This document shows, in pieces, positions 10,299-22,524 of a DNA stretch of 58,486 bases. The notes beneath the pieces are model-generated. The model was not told the origin of the DNA and did not search any database. It worked only from the letters and a program-made list of their open reading frames with translations. Made by a program: the position numbers and the translations under genes. Numbering within the stretch: position 1 is the first letter of the stretch; each line of letters begins with the position of its first letter. The stretch is from Pelomyxa schiedti (taxonomy: Eukaryota; Protista; Evosea). Location of the stretch: the NCBI GenBank assembly GCA_020536535.1, contig JAHLWZ010000451.1, positions 1-58,486 of the forward strand. The letters run 5' to 3'.

Positions 10299-12625
10299 AT
10301 GAGCAGCCCCACCACCACGGCGTCGTCGTCGCAGCCCGTCGGTTCGCCGGTGCTTTCCGAGATTATGGGAGGCCTGCGCTCCTCAGGGGGCCTCCGGTCG
10401 TCGGGGGGCTGCCACCCAGGCGCCAACTCGGCGCTGCTCCGCTCGCGCGAGAGGAGCCGATCCAAGGACACGGACATGATGCTGGCCGCGCGCCGCGCCC
10501 GCGCCACCGTGCAGGCCAACAAGCTCCGCGAGTCGACCGCGGGGGGGCTTGGCGCGAGCCTCGCAGTGGAAGAAATCATCCCGCCGACGGCTGCGGCGGA
10601 AACTATAAAGCCCGGGACGCCCGAGGCTGTAGTTGTGACTAGCCCTGAGGGAGTTACTGAGCAGGCCGCTTTTGATTTGGCCTCGTTGGTTTCGAGCTCT
10701 CCGCAACAAGTTCGTTTTTCTCAATTTGTGATTCTTTTTTTTTTTTTTTTTTTTCCCCTTCTTCTCTCCCAAGAATGTCTCGACGCTAACACAAAATGAA
10801 TATCCATTTTCCTCATTCACTTCATACAGCTGGAGATTTATGAACAGTATGTGCAGCGGCCTCCTGCAGAATCAATGCAGAGTATAACTAAAGTTTTCCG
10901 TATTGGAAATGGACCGTCCTCATCTCACACAATGGGACCGAAGCGTGCTGCTGGTTTCATTCATTTTTTGGCCTCTACGCATCTTATTCCTCTCAAGAAC
11001 GATTTGCTTCAATGTGGCCGCTCGGGAAAGAGGGGTGCACACATTACAGAGTTACTCTCTATGGAAGTCTTGCTGATACAGGGAAAGGCCATTTGACTGA
11101 CAAGGTTTTGGCTTACTGATGTAACTGCTGTTAGGTTCTCATTCTTTTTTAAAGGTAATACTCTCCGCCTTGGGAGAAGATCACACACAAGTTATTTTTT
11201 GCACTGGTGATGTACCTGCCAAATTGGATATTCATGTCAACCCTTTGACATTTGAGGCCTTAAAAGCCAATGAGGCACGTGATGAAGTTTATTTATGGAC
11301 CCTTACTCTATCACACAGGAAGTAGTTGGTGAGTATACTGCTTGGAGTATTGGAGGTGGATGTGTTATTGATGAACACAACATTGATAAAGTACAACATT
11401 TTACTTGGTTTAGCCATCACGCTCATCCTGTTACAGGATGCAACAACCTATAATAAATACCCCTTCAGTCAAATGACTCAATTCATACAGTATGCCGAGA
11501 AGACAGGTCCCTCTAATAGCACTCTTTTTGTATTCTGAAGATTTAACACAACACAGGGAAACATCTCTGGCAAATAGTTCATGATGTCGAACCGGAAATA
11601 TTTGAAAAAGTTCCTGATGACAAGTTGACTGACCTAACAGATTCTCGAGGATGGCTGTGGAAAGTGTGGACAACAATGAAAAGTACTGCTGTCTCAAAGA
11701 ACTTGAAAATGTAACAAAAACAAAGAGTGCGTACAACGCGGGTTGACAACAACCGAAGTTGAAATTCCTGGACCTTTGCATTTGAAACGAAAGGCACAGT
11801 CTCTTAAAGGCAAAAAAGGCAGATCAGAGTTATTCATGTATACGCTGTCTGTTTCTGAAGAAAACGCCTCAGCTGGCGAAGTAGTCACAGCTCCAACTTG
11901 CGGGTAAGGTCACACACTCGTTGAGTTTCTCACTGGGTTTAGGTCGTGTGGAGTGGTTCCAGGGATGCTATACTACCTTCAACAGCATGAGCACCTTTCT
12001 GATGAAGATGTACTCAAGGCTCTCGCAACTGCTGGGCTTGTCGGTAGCGTGGTGAGGGCAAACGCTTCAGTTTCTGGTGCCGAAGTTGGGTGCCAGGGGG
12101 AGGTACACTCCGCCATCCCAGCCTCTTTTGAAGATTTACCTATTGTAAGGTTGGTGTGGCAACATCCATGGCGGCGGCAGCTGCCACTTTCATTTTTGGT
12201 GGGACCCCACTGCAATGCGAGCTTGCAGCTGAAATGGCTATGGAAGGCCTACTGGGCCTCACTTGCTGCCCAGTACTTGGTCTTGTCCAGGTGAAATATA
12301 AACAGCACACCTGCATTTATATAACACCCCAATTCAACAAAAGGTTCCTTGCATTGATAGGAATGTGGCCGGAGTAGGCCGGGCTTTGGATTGCTCCGAA
12401 CTTGCACTCACGAGGTCAGAGCCCAACTTGATTTCCTTTGATGAAATATGCTTCACAATGCTTGTTACAGGTTTTTGTTTTATGTTTTATTCCTTCTTGC
12501 CCCATTACTCACATTTTTTTTCCGCAGGCCACGACATGAAGCGAGAGTACAAGGAAACCTCCCTTGGTGGAGAAGCCTACACTTGGAACCTCGATGAAAG
12601 AATTCTTGCTGCCACGAAGCACTAA
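10299..12625 (+). CDS. sdaA: Iron-sulfur-dependent L-serine dehydratase (single-chain bacterial type) with an N-terminal extension; many introns
   Basis: RIGNGPSSSHTMGP, LYGSLADTGKGHLTD, SEENASAGEVVTAPTCG, ASVSGAEVGCQGE, LGLTCCPVLGLVQ|VPCIDRN and YKETSLGG. Confidence 0.93.
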
Positions 12626-12877
12626 AGATTTTCCGAAAGCAAAGAAATAATCCAAAAGATTCTTTGTGTTTCTGCCTGCCTGTTGGAGAAGTAATCAACA
12701 GCTCGGATCGATCATATCATTTTCAATGAAACGTGGAAAATCACAGCGGCGTTCGCGCAATGCACTGCACAAACAGTGCATTTGCGTGAACAGGAGTGTA
12801 CCTGTGATGTGTCATGGGGGATGGCCTGCACCGCATGCTTATATCACTGCCGCCAATGAGTTGCTTTGATTGTCGAA

Positions 12878-15157
12878 ATGAAAAACCCTGCAGTGTGGTT
12901 ATGTGTGGGCGTGGTTCTTATGGCAGTTGTGGAGGGCTCTATAAGGGTAGACAACGCTACAAAGATGTTTGTAGACGAATACGGCAGGTTGGTGGTTTTT
13001 ATTCCTCGGTTTCTCGTTCCAACGGTTTTTTGAAGGCAAAGATTCTTTCATGGAGTGAATGCCGTGTACAAGATGGATCCATACATGCCCATCACCGATT
13101 ATTTTGATCCGCAGCTGTCACTTTGTGTACGAGTACCATTTTTGGCACGCAAATGGTTCTAACGTGAGCAGGAAGAGGACATGGAAGATTTGTGGAACTG
13201 GGGAATGAATGCTGTTCGGTAATTCCCTTGAATACAGACTCTCCGGGCTCACTTTCTGAATAGCCTTGGTGTCATGTGGCCCGGCGTCGAGCCATCTAAA
13301 GGCCAATACGATATGACCTACCTCAGTTCTATGGCAAAAATTGCCAGCGATCTTTCTGCTCACGGAATATACACAATAATCGGTATGCAGTTCTTGGAAC
13401 AGTCGGACTTTGGTAATAGTTTACAGACTTGCACCAAGATGTCTTTAGTAGGCACGAATGTGGCGAAGGTAGACGTTTCTCTTTTGGGGGCAAGCAGTGA
13501 CCTGTCTTTTTCCAATAGGCGTTCCCGATTGGGCTACCTATATTCCCCCTGATGTTGAAGCATTCCCTGCTCCTTTACGCAATGTTACCCTTGACTTTGA
13601 CCCCACAACAGGTTTTATTTACTCCCAATTCTGTTTACCCAACCGTCCCAGGATATCCCACCATTGAAAGCTGCCTTCTGTATGATTTCTTCGACTATTA
13701 CTTCACGAAAGAAACAGGTTAAAACACTTATTCTTTTTCCCTTTATTTATGCTATCAGGTGCTGTGTTCCAGGCCCTGTATGACAACACCAATGGGATAC
13801 AGACAAGGTAGAAGGTAAAAAAATAAACTTGAATTAAACATGAGTAGCTGGGTAAACTTCTGGGTTGAAGTTGCAGGATACTTCAAGGATATTGACGGAG
13901 TTTTAGGCTATGAACTTATTAATGTAGAGCTTCTTTTTTTCGGGTATAACTCTCACCTCTTTCTAGGAACCGGTAAAAATGACAGGAATTTATTTTTTCG
14001 TTGATTTGGAATTAGTGGGCTGGTGACATCTACGGGAAGAGAGGGCTATTCATCCCTGGGGAGGCCGATAGAATCAATTTGGCTCCAATGTACGAAGCTG
14101 CAAATGATGCCATTCGACAAATTGATGATGTGAAAATGCTTTTCTTTGAGAAGGCTTTCCTTAACGTAATTGGGCCAACTGGATTAGGCTATGGTAGGAC
14201 CGAGTCTTTTGGGCATCCTAATTACCATGGTAGGTCCTGGAGGAGCGGCCTATAGTGACAGACAGGTGTACAGTTACCATAATTATTGTGGATCTATGGA
14301 TGAAGATGGGAATCCTTCTAAAGTAATTCTTTGCGATGGTAGCCCACAACAAGTTGGTAGCTATCTGACCGGACATTCAGGGGAGGAAGATTTCCAATGG
14401 CAACAAGAAATGCGGGACATTGAAAACTTGGGCTGTGGTGGTTTCATGACAGAGTATCCTTTCGCTTCTAGGAGTTTCTACTCACTTCCAATACAAGGTT
14501 TGGGGCTGTATCTGGAAATTCTTCTACCGTCATCCGTAACCTTAACTTTTTAATGGATCTTGTACTTTCCTCCAAAATTTCTCGTATTTAACACATTTCC
14601 TATAGACTGACAAGTACCAGCAAAGTTGGGCATACTGGCAATTTAAGAAATACAATGACTTCACAACAACGAATGGTACTGACTTTATTACTTTTCATGT
14701 TCCTGCTTACCCCAAGAGCAGGTGGTGAGTCCTTTTACTCTGATGATGGCACTGTTCAAACGGAGAAGGTATGATTACGGAAAATAAGAGAATTCCTTAC
14801 CTTTATGGCAGGTGGCGGCAATCACTCGGGCTTATCCACAAGCTATTGCGGGGACAATTAACTCCTATCAGTTAGATAGAGCAACTGGAAAACTAACTGT
14901 TGACTACAACATCAACAAGGTTTCCTCATAAACCCGCACATACGTTACGAGCCCTAACTACGAAGCAGGCCATATCCCAGCCCACGGATATCTACGTGAA
15001 TGTTGCTATGAACTACCCAAAAGGCGTCAAAGTATCAATGACACCCGGTAACGTTGCAACCTACAGCTACAGTAACAACCACGTCCACGTCACTCCGTTA
15101 GCCTCCACCCCCGACGGCACCAATCTCGTTGTTACCATCACAGACAGCCTTCTGTAA
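12878..15157 (+). CDS. Secreted glycoside hydrolase family 5, endoglycoceramidase-like
   Basis: Signal peptide. FVDEYGR|..FHGVNAVYK, WGMNAVR|LGVMWPGVEP, DLHQD, GYELIN|EP|WAGD (acid/base), FMTE|FG (nucleophile) and SWAYWQFK. Confidence 0.9.
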
Positions 15158-15256
15158 ACGCGTTTGGGTAGAATAACCTTGTTGTTTTCCGAAGATTGTT
15201 TGATTTATATCCCGGTTACTGGAAGAAAGAGGTTTTTTTTTCCAACAGCAACCGTC

Positions 15257-16709
15257 ATGGACCTGGAGGCGGCGAGGAATGCGCTGAAGAAGACGAAGCC
15301 TCCGGTAGAGAGGCACATAGGGCAGCAGGCAACTACGTCGACATCATCGTCGGCGCCACCACCAGAGCCGCCTCCTATGGACGCAGACCAGCTTCGCGCG
15401 ATGAAGCGTGAGAACTTCGCGTGCAACCTGGATCTGGCATTTTCAGTGCTGCCCGCCAAGGCGACCCCAGGCGGGGGCGCGGCAATGCCCCTCGAAGCGG
15501 GGGTGCCCGTGGAGAGGTGCGACAGGGAGGGAGTGGTGGAGACTGTGTGCGTGCCGCTTGATGTGAGGAGCGCGAGGGCGATGCTGGGCCACATGACCGT
15601 GGACAAGTCGGGCGTGGTGAAGCAATTCGGCCCCATGCCTGGCGTACTAGAGGGTAGGAGCTGCCAAATTGTGTTTATTACAATGCAAATTTGGAGGTAC
15701 TAAAGCTTCTGTGAATAGGTGACCAAGAGCAATTTGATGCTGTTAAGCAGGCTTTGGGGAGGGCTATGCAGTCGTTGGCAGAGGGGTGCCCTGAATCATC
15801 CGGCTTCATTGTCAAGCTCTCCTCACGCAGCCCAAAGGATGCATCTCTGGCACACCCAAAATTCAGGGAACTTTATGAGAAATCTCTAGCGGCACTTCAT
15901 TCAATCAGTGGATACTCCGCAGTTCCATGTGATACGAAGCTTGTTGCTCTGTATACCGCTGCAAAAGAGGTTGTTGCCAAAGAAATATTTTCATCTAACA
16001 TTACAAGGTAACGTGTGTACACAATGTAGATGAAGCCATGGCACTACTTCTGGCCAGTAAACGTATATGCTTTGACCTCTCCCTTGACTTGAAGTTCCCA
16101 GAGGAGTTCTCACTAAAAGTAAGTCATTTTCCGTATTTCTGGCATCCCAATTTTCAAAACAAAACAGATAGTTGTAAGGCCATGGGTGAATATTCCTATG
16201 TGGGGTGAGTTCCGCGCATTTGTAAACAACAACAAAATGACTGCCTTGTCTCAGTATTTCTCGCAAGTGAGTTCTATGCCTCGCGATTGTCTCTGATAAC
16301 CCACAGCTCTTCTTTCCAGAGCTTACTGATGGTGCACGCTGTGCAGCACTACGTGACACTATAATGCAATTCTTTGAGACTCATGTTCAGCCTCACACCT
16401 CCACACTTGCTGGAGGTAAGTACTCTGTTGATTTCATAGTAGACGCATCCAACAATGTGTCCATACTTGAATTCAACCCATTCATGATAAGGTAAGTATT
16501 CCCCCTTCCCCTCCATTCTATATACTTCTCAAAGCACGAGTTCCTGCCTCTTTGACTGGTCAAACGAGAAGGATGACAAGATTATGCACGGCGAGTTGCC
16601 TTTTGAGTTCCGCGTTCATAAGACTTCCCTCGTAGATGTGCCTGGTGCCAAGGCCAAGATGTCTAGCTCACTACCCCCTGACTGGGTCACACTCATCTTT
16701 ACAGAGTGA
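15257..16709 (+). CDS. CDC123/D123-like ATP-grasp protein
   Basis: FIVKLSSRSPKDA, IVVRPWVNIPMWGEFRAFV..MTALSQY, YSVDF, ILEFNPF and SCLFDW. Confidence 0.85.
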
Positions 16710-16765
16710 AGCCATCACTCTTTGTTTTCTCTTAAAACTTGTTGTTCAAAGAAGGCCTCTCTGTG

Positions 16766-18275
16766 ATGGGCAACTCGACACACAAGAGCCCAAGCAATAA
16801 CGCACCCGAGTTCTTCACGATTCGAGACCAACTGGTCGCGATGGCGACGAGCAAACACTGGCGAGCGGGGGCGGGGAGCCGGATGGGGGCACTCCTGGAC
16901 GACGCGGCGATGGCGGGCATCGCGTGGATGCTGGTGCGCATGCAACCGCACGTGCCCGTGCTCATGGAGCCCCGCATGAAGGACAGGCTCTACACCGCCG
17001 CCGTCGTCGTGGCTCCCAACGGCAACGCCCGCGCTGTGGCTCTCGAGGGTGCCTTCTCCGACGACGCCGTCGGCACTTGTGGCTCCCAGAGGGTGCTGTT
17101 TGCCATTGTGCAAAGGGAGAGGAGGTACGCGGACGTGGGGGTGTGGGATGCAGTTGTGGGAGGGGCGGCGGTGGATAAGTTCAGGGTGGACGCTGGCGAG
17201 GGAACGACTCTGTTCAAAAACCAATCCACTTGTTGCAATGAAAAGTGGTTGGTGTGGTTGGCTTCACGAAACGGCCCTTCTGGGAAAATGTGAGGGTTAG
17301 TGCCATACTTCATTTGTCAGTTTATTCCTCTTCCCTTCACTTTTACGCACATTCTTGAACTGATATATTTGCCTCAGTGCCTGCCTTCACGTGTGGTCCC
17401 TTGGTAAGGACCATACCCACAGTGCCGTTGACTTGGATACAATGATTCCTACTTGTTGTAAAGAGTTCTTCCATTTGACGTTTGACTTTACTTATTCCGA
17501 TTCCAGAATAAGGTGCCTGACATTTCCATTTTTCATATTCTCACATCAGCGCAGTAATGGTGATGAATTATCCATTGTGCTTGGTGTTTGCCTGGGCTAT
17601 AAATCAGATTTCACAGGTAGCTATGTCATTGCAACAGTCTCTCCCCACAGTGACAACACCAAGTCCACAATTCACGTTCTTCGGCTTGACTTATCAAAAC
17701 TTGCCTCTGGGCCGACACACACCTCTTTTTCCGGTGAACGAAGGCCTTCGTTTGGTTTCTACCCATTCCTCCTAATCGCTTTCACAGGGTCGATAAACAC
17801 GCAACTGCCTTTATTTTTGTGGGGTGGCCGGCTGCTTCTCCACAGCCAGAACAAAGACTACAATGTACTTTTACTCACTGATGCCAGCACCGGGGACACA
17901 AAATGTGAAATCCGCGGAATGGGTCAATCTGGATCGTCAGTTTTTACTCTGACTGATACAGCTGCCGTACAGTACTTATACAGCGCAGAACAGGCCTACC
18001 TATGGTCCTTTGGCAAGCCTGACCAGCAGCTTGCCTACACTCAGCTACCCGCCGTGTGGAATCCTGTGCGGACCAGTATATTTGTACCACATCTAACTAG
18101 CGATCCGAATGCTCTTCGGGCTGTGGGGATTGGAGGAGGATGCTTTGTTACAGTCAGGGGGGAGTCCTCACCATGCCTGAATGTTCACAATGCCTATACC
18201 GCAGCTGTCACTGACACAGTCACGTCTTCTCCCTCTCTGCATCTTGGCTCTATATGTCTATCAAGGTGGTTGTGA
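16766..18275 (+). CDS. HxR-box family, subfamily A, copy 1 (MGN start, constant N-terminal cassette, variable beta-rich C-terminus)
   Basis: Paralogous to 20925-22524 and 27965-29601, with shared intron positions and the motifs CNEKWLV, LHVW, GDELSI, FLWGGRLLLH and GIGGGxFV. Confidence 0.85.
16808..17103 (+). repeat. 296-bp near-identical coding cassette, copy 1 of 3
   Basis: Matches 21045-21340 and 28040-28335 without indels. Confidence 0.97.
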
Positions 18276-18398
18276 TTGTGGTCTGGCAAGAGCCTCATAA
18301 TGTATTTAATGCTAAAACCAACCTTTATTTCATCAAGAGCTAAGCTAATGAAAAGAAGAAAATAAGCATTACTGTGGATGGTGTTGCCTGAGGTTGGT

Positions 18399-19259
18399 TC
18401 AAGTCTGGCGAATGTGAGGAGGGCGAGGTGGCTCGGGTTTGAGAAGTTCTGGGGTTTTGATGGTTGCTCGGCATTTACGGACCCATTTGGGTTTGTGAGT
18501 GTGGTACGGCTTCGGTGCATCACCTGCTGGCTTGCGTCCAACAATCAGATATAAAACTGGTAGCTGCGTATTAAGCTCCTTTCTCTGCCGTTGTGTTTCG
18601 CATGCATTCTTGGCCTCACCTTTTTCCTCTTCCTCTTCCTCTTCCTCTTCCTCTTCCTCTTCCTCTTCCTCGGCATTCCGTCCGTGGTTGCTGTGAATGT
18701 GGTGATACAAGCTATTCACTGCACTTAATCTAGATCGGAAATGTGCCCACCCTGGCCTTTTATAGTGCGTCGTGCAGTGGGGGCACATGTACGGCAGATT
18801 ACCCCTCTCCGGTATCAACTCATTTGCTATGCGCCAATCATGATGTCTACCATCTATCGCCAAAGATCCCTGACCAGTCATGAGTCTTGCTTTGATCCTG
18901 GTAACTTTATCTTTCAACGTTGGTGATTCTACGCAGGAGTCTGAATCGGAACTTGATGCCATTGCCAAATCTTGCAATCTCCGCCAACGTGACTGTTTGC
19001 GTTTCCGCCGATGGTGGTTCACGATGTGCGCATACAAACTATTAACAGCGTGCACTCTAGAAGGGAACCATGCCCATCCAGGCCTTTCAAAGCCCTTGCA
19101 TTGTGAGCAGGCGTATGGAGTATTCTGGTCTCTTGGCACCTTGGCATTTGCTGTTCGCCACGCACTCTTTTCCTCTCAATCTTCACAGTAAGGGCACAAA
19201 GAAAAAACAAAAGAAATACATAGTACGTTAAAAATTGAGATTTCCTGCGTACCGCGCAT
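18399..19259 (-). CDS. Protein with two copies of an unusual CxxC...RPGW...AVNxLxxHxxxH zinc finger and a poly-Glu tract
   Basis: PYACSQCKGFERPGW..AVNSLYAHIVNHH and PYMCPHCTTHYKRPGW..AVNSLYHHIHSNH. A short first exon MRGTQEISIFN is inferred at 19259. Confidence 0.75.
18625..18671. repeat. (TCCTCT)n microsatellite encoding poly-Glu on the minus strand
   Basis: About 8 hexamer units. Confidence 0.9.
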
Positions 19260-19495
19260 GGTCGTCTCGGAGGACTGGGCGTTATTTTATTTATTCTTAC
19301 GGTGGGTTGATAATCACAGCTATAAATGACACCTGTGATGACCAGAATGGGCGTCCCCAGCAGTGAAGAACATATAGTGCAAAGGGGCCCTCTGTCATTG
19401 CATATGTGGTGATGGTTGCGGTCTAAGTTGAACATGGAGACACATCCTGTCCTCTCATATGGGAGTTTCAAGGAAATCACAATTGTAGCGACACA

Positions 19496-20857
19496 ATGAG
19501 TGCAAGCGGGAGGAAAAAGAAGGCAAGGGGCACATACAAGCACGCCCCTGTTCCCCGATTGACCTTCGGACTGGACCTTGCCTCTCAATTCGCCGCACTG
19601 TGCCTGCTCTCGCACCAAAGGTGCAGTGGCGCAAGCAACAAGGGCTCGGAGCTTCGGCGCCTCGCAATCAGAACCGTTTGGCAGTGGGTGGTGCACGAAG
19701 CGCCAGTCAGGCTGGTGAACCTGCGCCTACTCAGGGAGCCGCGCCAAAGGGGGGCTGTGGACTGGGAGGCCCTGCTGACTCTGGGAGTGTCCGAAGCCAC
19801 GCTGGCTGTGGTTCCGCGCGAGACGAGGCACTGGGCGCGCGAGACGCAAGGGTGCTTGAGCCTGGTTGGCGCCAATCGCGTGCATTTGATTGAGAGGGTA
19901 AGGGAGAGGGGAGAGATGGTGTCGAGCAAAGTTGCATGCTTCAAGGGCGACGGGAAGCTGTACAGAACGGTCAGGGACGCGGGGGCACTGCGTGATTGTG
20001 ATGGGGCGTGTGAGTGCGAGTTGGGATACAATAAGGTGGTGGTGTCCCAGGCTGCGGGGAACATTTGTGTGAATCAAAAGTGGGTGGTTCTTGGTGGCTG
20101 GAGTTGGGGGAGTCTTAAGCGGATTGTTATTGTGAACTTACTTTTGGCTGGTCAACAAGGGGAAGCGGTTGCAGAAAAGGTGATCACAAGCTTCTCACGG
20201 GACAAGCGCCTGCTTGGGGTTTTCTTGGACAGGTATCATTGTGATGAGGCATTGTTCGTTTGGTTAAGTGGAGAGCTTTCGGTAGAAGTGAACATAGTCA
20301 ACTTGGAGCAACTGTGGTCTTCCCCTAATACCTTCAGCCCAATCATATCCGCACTGTACTTGCTGCCAAGCACTAGTTTGAGATCAGCCTATGACGTCCA
20401 AGAGCAGTGGTTGGTACTGAGGACAGAATCAAACAAGAGATCCTTCATAGTCAAGGCAAATCCACACATTTTCCAGACCGTAATTCTCCAGTATGCCGAA
20501 ATATCAGCCGACATGCAGGACAATCTACTCCACTCCGCCCAGTTTAAGTCTCAAAGACTGGAGCTCTCGCAGTTGAGTGAAAGACTGTACTGTGTCTCAG
20601 CATTCATGGTGCTCCTTTCAGAGATACTAACAGTTGAAATTTGGGACTGCAACACCCCCTCCCATGCCATCAGCATTGTTGAGTGCAGGAAGGACTGCCA
20701 TATGGTCTTTGGGCACGCAGGCTTCCTGTTCTATGACTATGGTGACCACGTTGTGATAACTGACTACCTCTCTGGCACGAGAGTCGCCGAACTCTCCTAC
20801 GTAGTACCCGGAACAAATCCGGGTACAGTCTTCACGCAGTTCTCTTTCTTGTACTGA
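19496..20857 (+). CDS. HxR-box family, subfamily B, copy 1 (intronless, 453 aa)
   Basis: SQFAALCLLSHQRCSG..VWQWVV, VNQKWVV, DEALF, LSQLSERLYCV, EIWDCN and GFLF. Paralog of 24615-25967. Confidence 0.85.
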   Translation: MSASGRKKKARGTYKHAPVPRLTFGLDLASQFAALCLLSHQRCSGASNKGSELRRLAIRTVWQWVVHEAPVRLVNLRLLREPRQRGAVDWEALLTLGVSEATLAVVPRETRHWARETQGCLSLVGANRVHLIERVRERGEMVSSKVACFKGDGKLYRTVRDAGALRDCDGACECELGYNKVVVSQAAGNICVNQKWVVLGGWSWGSLKRIVIVNLLLAGQQGEAVAEKVITSFSRDKRLLGVFLDRYHCDEALFVWLSGELSVEVNIVNLEQLWSSPNTFSPIISALYLLPSTSLRSAYDVQEQWLVLRTESNKRSFIVKANPHIFQTVILQYAEISADMQDNLLHSAQFKSQRLELSQLSERLYCVSAFMVLLSEILTVEIWDCNTPSHAISIVECRKDCHMVFGHAGFLFYDYGDHVVITDYLSGTRVAELSYVVPGTNPGTVFTQFSFLY

Positions 20858-20924
20858 ACCAAAGTTGTACCTTGAACCAAAAAGCAAACAATCAGGCAAT
20901 AATTCTTTTCTCGTACGGTTGGGA

Positions 20925-22524
20925 ATGGGAAACGCCACAGGAGGCAACAGCGACGAGCATCCGCCGGCACAAGAAGACGAGGAATACACCTCGTCCAATG
21001 CCGTCAAGGGTCCACCAGACCCACCCAGCGTCGTCAACAACTCGCAGTTCTTCACGATACGTGACCAACTCGTTGCGATGGCGACGAGCAAACACCGGCG
21101 AGCGGGGGCGGGGAGCCGGATGGGGGCACTCCTGGACGACGCGGCGATGGCGGGCATCGCGTGGATGCTGGTGCGCATGCAACCGCACGTGCCCGTGATC
21201 ATGGAGCCCCGCATGAAGGACAGGCTCTACACCGCCGCCGTCGTCGTGGCTCCCAACGGCAACGCCCGCGCTGTGGCTCTCGAGGGTGCCTTCTCCGACG
21301 ACGCCGTTGGTACTTGTGGGTCCCAGAGGGTGCTGTTTGCGACGCAGGAGGGCGATAAAAGGTACTTGGACGCCAGTGTCTGGGACGCAATTGTGGGCGG
21401 TGCTCCAGTGGATAAATTCAGGCTGGATGCAGGCGACGGCATGGAATTTACAAAAACGTCGGGGAGAAAGTGCAATGAGAAATGGTTTGTGATACTGGCT
21501 GATCGGCGCAGAGTTCGGAAAAAGTGATGTGCCTTTCAGACTCTCACTTCTCTCTTCGCTTCTTTTTTTTTTTCAACAAGATGGGAATTGACTGATATTC
21601 ATTTGGAAATGTAGTTCATGTTTGCATGCGTGGTTACTGCGTAAGGGCCATTTCCACAATGTCATAGACTTAGAGGCAATGATACCTGCTTGTTGTAAAG
21701 ATTACACCATTCTGCAGTTTGACTTCACCTTTTGTGAGCCTAGTATCAAGTTGTCTCGACAGTTCTAAAACGGTAGCGTCTCATAATTTTTTCCCTCCCT
21801 GCAGCTGCGGGGACGAGCTGTCCATTTTACTTGGAGTTTGGCCCCGAAGTGGAAACACCGAGGACCCTCACTCCAACGCTATTACTATACACATTCTTCA
21901 CTTTGACTTGTCGAAACCTTCATCTGCACCAACCCACATCTCTTTTCCAGGTGTGCTTCTCACGGTCAGTCCCCCACATATTCCAAACGCTTTAACCAAA
22001 AATCAGGTGCTCCGCCCTCGCGGCTTTGCTTTCTCTGGGGTGGGCGACTCATTCTACACAAGGACCATAATAATACTGCTAAGAGGCGCGGCCTAATACT
22101 CACAGACACCGGCACTGGAATCCGTCTATGCCGCGTCCGCGAGCTCCAGTCCAGGGGCACCTCAATCTATGCGGTGAGCGAGACACACCTCATGCAGCAC
22201 AACCACTCCACCGACGAGTGTGTCCTGTGGGCCTTTGGACAGCCCGACCAGCAGCTGGCTTATGGTTATGATCCTACATCGCTGATGTACCTGCAGATAC
22301 CAACCAAAACCAGTTTAACAGTGCCACACTTGGCTCTGAGGGGTGGACTCTCAGACACTGTCCCGTGTACCGGGATTGGGGGAGGATATTTCGTTACAGT
22401 GAGAGGGGAGTACTCCCCCTGTTTGGATGTGCACAATGCCTACACCACCGCAACTGTAACTGACACACTAACATCTTCCTCATCTCTGCTCCTGGGGTCG
22501 TTGCGCCTCCAGTGGTGGATGTGA
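20925..22524 (+). CDS. HxR-box family, subfamily A, copy 2
   Basis: MGNATGG start. Four exons splice in frame. Same motifs as copy 1. Confidence 0.85.
21045..21340 (+). repeat. 296-bp near-identical coding cassette, copy 2 of 3
   Basis: Direct match to 16808-17103 and 28040-28335. Confidence 0.97.

Noticed and set aside
9686-16709. Prokaryotic operon or bacterial contamination (co-oriented sdaA, GH5 and ATP-grasp genes)
   Set aside because: The genes are interrupted by many spliceosomal introns and are contiguous with clearly eukaryotic genes.
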